NCBI GenBank assembly: GCA_903919145.1
Contig: CAIXGW010000214.1
Span: 4,534-68,533, forward strand
Direction: 5' to 3'
Length of the DNA: 64,000 nt
Origin: an uncultured Myxococcales bacterium
Lineage (GTDB): Bacteria > Myxococcota_A > UBA9042
Shown piece after piece: positions 62,635 to 64,000 of this stretch. Position numbers and translations under genes: made by a program. Position 1 is the first letter of the stretch, and each line of letters starts with the position of its first letter. The notes beneath the pieces are model-generated. The model was not told the DNA's origin. It saw only the letters and a program-made list of their open reading frames with translations, and did not search any database.

Positions 62635-62885
62635 CTCGGTCTGCCTGGAGCTGCGGCGGACCTCGGCGCGATCTGGCGAGTTTCCCCTTGAATCTGCACA
62701 AGAACTGCTGTATAAGGCCGCGGCCGCGCGCGTTTGCCGACTGCAGCGCCGAATGCCGTTCCAGCTCCAGTGCCAGCTCCAGCTGCAGTTCCTGTACCAG
62801 TGCCGCCGCCCTGCGCGAAGAGCCGCCCGCCCCTCCCCTATGCAGTCGCCCCATCAGCCGCCCTATCAGCCGCCCAAGGAATGCC

Positions 62886-64000
62886 ATGCTTACCGTTGCC
62901 GATGTCTCCAAAACCTATGGCGGAAAGAAGCTCTTCATTGATGTGACGACCTCTTTTGCCCCGGGCAATCGCTACGGCCTGTCTGGCCCCAACGGTGCCG
63001 GCAAGTCGACGTTCATGAAGATCCTGGAAGGCATGCTGGAGCCCGACCGTGGCACCGTGTCGCGGCCGCGCAAGACTGCATTCCTTAAGCAAGACCACAG
63101 CTTGTTCAACGAGCATACGGCGCTGGATACCGTGATCATGGGCAACACCGCGCTGTGGCACGCCATGCAGGAGCAAAAGCGCATCTACGACTCGGGCGAT
63201 CACAGCGACGAAGCGGGCATGGAACTGGCCGAGCTGGAAGGGGTCATTGCCGAAGAGAACGGCTACATGGCAGAGAGCGAAGCCGAGGCCCTGCTGGACG
63301 GTCTGGGCATTCCGGCGGAGCTGCACCAAGCGAAGATGAGCGAACTGTCAGGCGGTTACAAGCTGCGGGTGCTGCTGGCCCAGGCCCTGTTTGGCGCCCC
63401 AGACTGCCTGCTGCTGGACGAGCCCACCAACCACTTGGACCTGGACTCGATTGAGTGGCTGGAGGAATTCCTGCTGGGCTATCAGGGCATTCTCATCGTC
63501 ATCTCTCACGATCGCCGCTTCTTGAACGACGTCTGCACCCACATCGCCGACATCGACTTTGAGACCATCATCACCTACCCGGGCAACTACGACGACATGG
63601 TCCGCACCAAAGCGGCGATGCGCGAGCGCCAGGCCCAGCAGAACAACGTGCGCGAGAAGAAGATCTCTGATCTCAAAGAGTTTATCTCTAAGTTCAGCGC
63701 CGGCACCCGGGCCTCTCAGGTCCAGTCTCGCAAGAAGCTGGTAGAGAAGCTGCAGCCCTCTGACATCAAGCGCTCCAACATTGCGCGACCGTTTATCCGC
63801 TTTGAGATCGCTAAAGAATCGGGAAAGCACGTGGTCGATTTTGAGCACCTGACCAAAGACTACGGCGAGTCGGCGATCGGCGGCGGCGGGCCGGTGTGGC
63901 AGGAGTTTCGCGCCCACGTCAACCGCGGCGAGCGCATTGGCATCATCGGCAAAGACGGCGCAGGCAAGACCACCCTGCTCAAGCTGCTGATCGGCGAGCT
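62886..64000 (+). CDS. ABC-F family ribosome-associated ATPase (YbiT-like), partial
   Basis: Not in the ORF track because it has no stop. MLTVADVSKTYGGKKLF...GPNGAGKSTFMKIL...LSGGYKLRVLLAQALF...LLDEPTNHLD...ISHDRRFLN, then a second Walker A GKDGAGKTT. Confidence 0.92.
   Translation, partial: MLTVADVSKTYGGKKLFIDVTTSFAPGNRYGLSGPNGAGKSTFMKILEGMLEPDRGTVSRPRKTAFLKQDHSLFNEHTALDTVIMGNTALWHAMQEQKRIYDSGDHSDEAGMELAELEGVIAEENGYMAESEAEALLDGLGIPAELHQAKMSELSGGYKLRVLLAQALFGAPDCLLLDEPTNHLDLDSIEWLEEFLLGYQGILIVISHDRRFLNDVCTHIADIDFETIITYPGNYDDMVRTKAAMRERQAQQNNVREKKISDLKEFISKFSAGTRASQVQSRKKLVEKLQPSDIKRSNIARPFIRFEIAKESGKHVVDFEHLTKDYGESAIGGGGPVWQEFRAHVNRGERIGIIGKDGAGKTTLLKLLIGE

Overview
High-GC bacterial window, most consistent with a myxobacterium-like (Myxococcota/deltaproteobacterial) genome; this is inferred from its cysteine-rich lipoproteins, CglB/CglD-like vWA proteins and STAND-TPR protein. 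In order it contains: (1) a 3'-truncated gene missed by the ORF track that encodes PqqD/RRE-like domains fused to a SAM methyltransferase, then ltaE and a class III aminotransferase; (2) an accessory block with a YidD-like gene, two TM2/DUF5683-like genes, a kinase remnant and two DUF1566 genes, lying between the aminotransferase and the pyrimidine catabolism genes ung-preT-preA-hydA; (3) a giant CDDGNPCT-repeat lipoprotein followed by a eukaryote-like glycogenin-type GT8; (4) a STAND-TPR gene, mutS2 and a degenerate NlpC/P60; (5) a cobalamin riboswitch with btuB, a beta-propeller gene, btuF and a fused btuCD; (6) a cluster of modular Cys-rich/vWA surface lipoproteins, one of ~1930 aa; (7) TPR-mlaF-mlaE-lipoprotein-aat-moxR-vWA-apbE-like; (8) an ORF-poor intergenic region with enhancer palindromes, an IHF site, a consensus sigma-54 promoter and a structured, terminated ~240-nt candidate sRNA, which is the strongest novel signal; (9) a NUDIX gene and a partial ABC-F gene. 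All assignments come from reading motifs by eye; no database searches were run.
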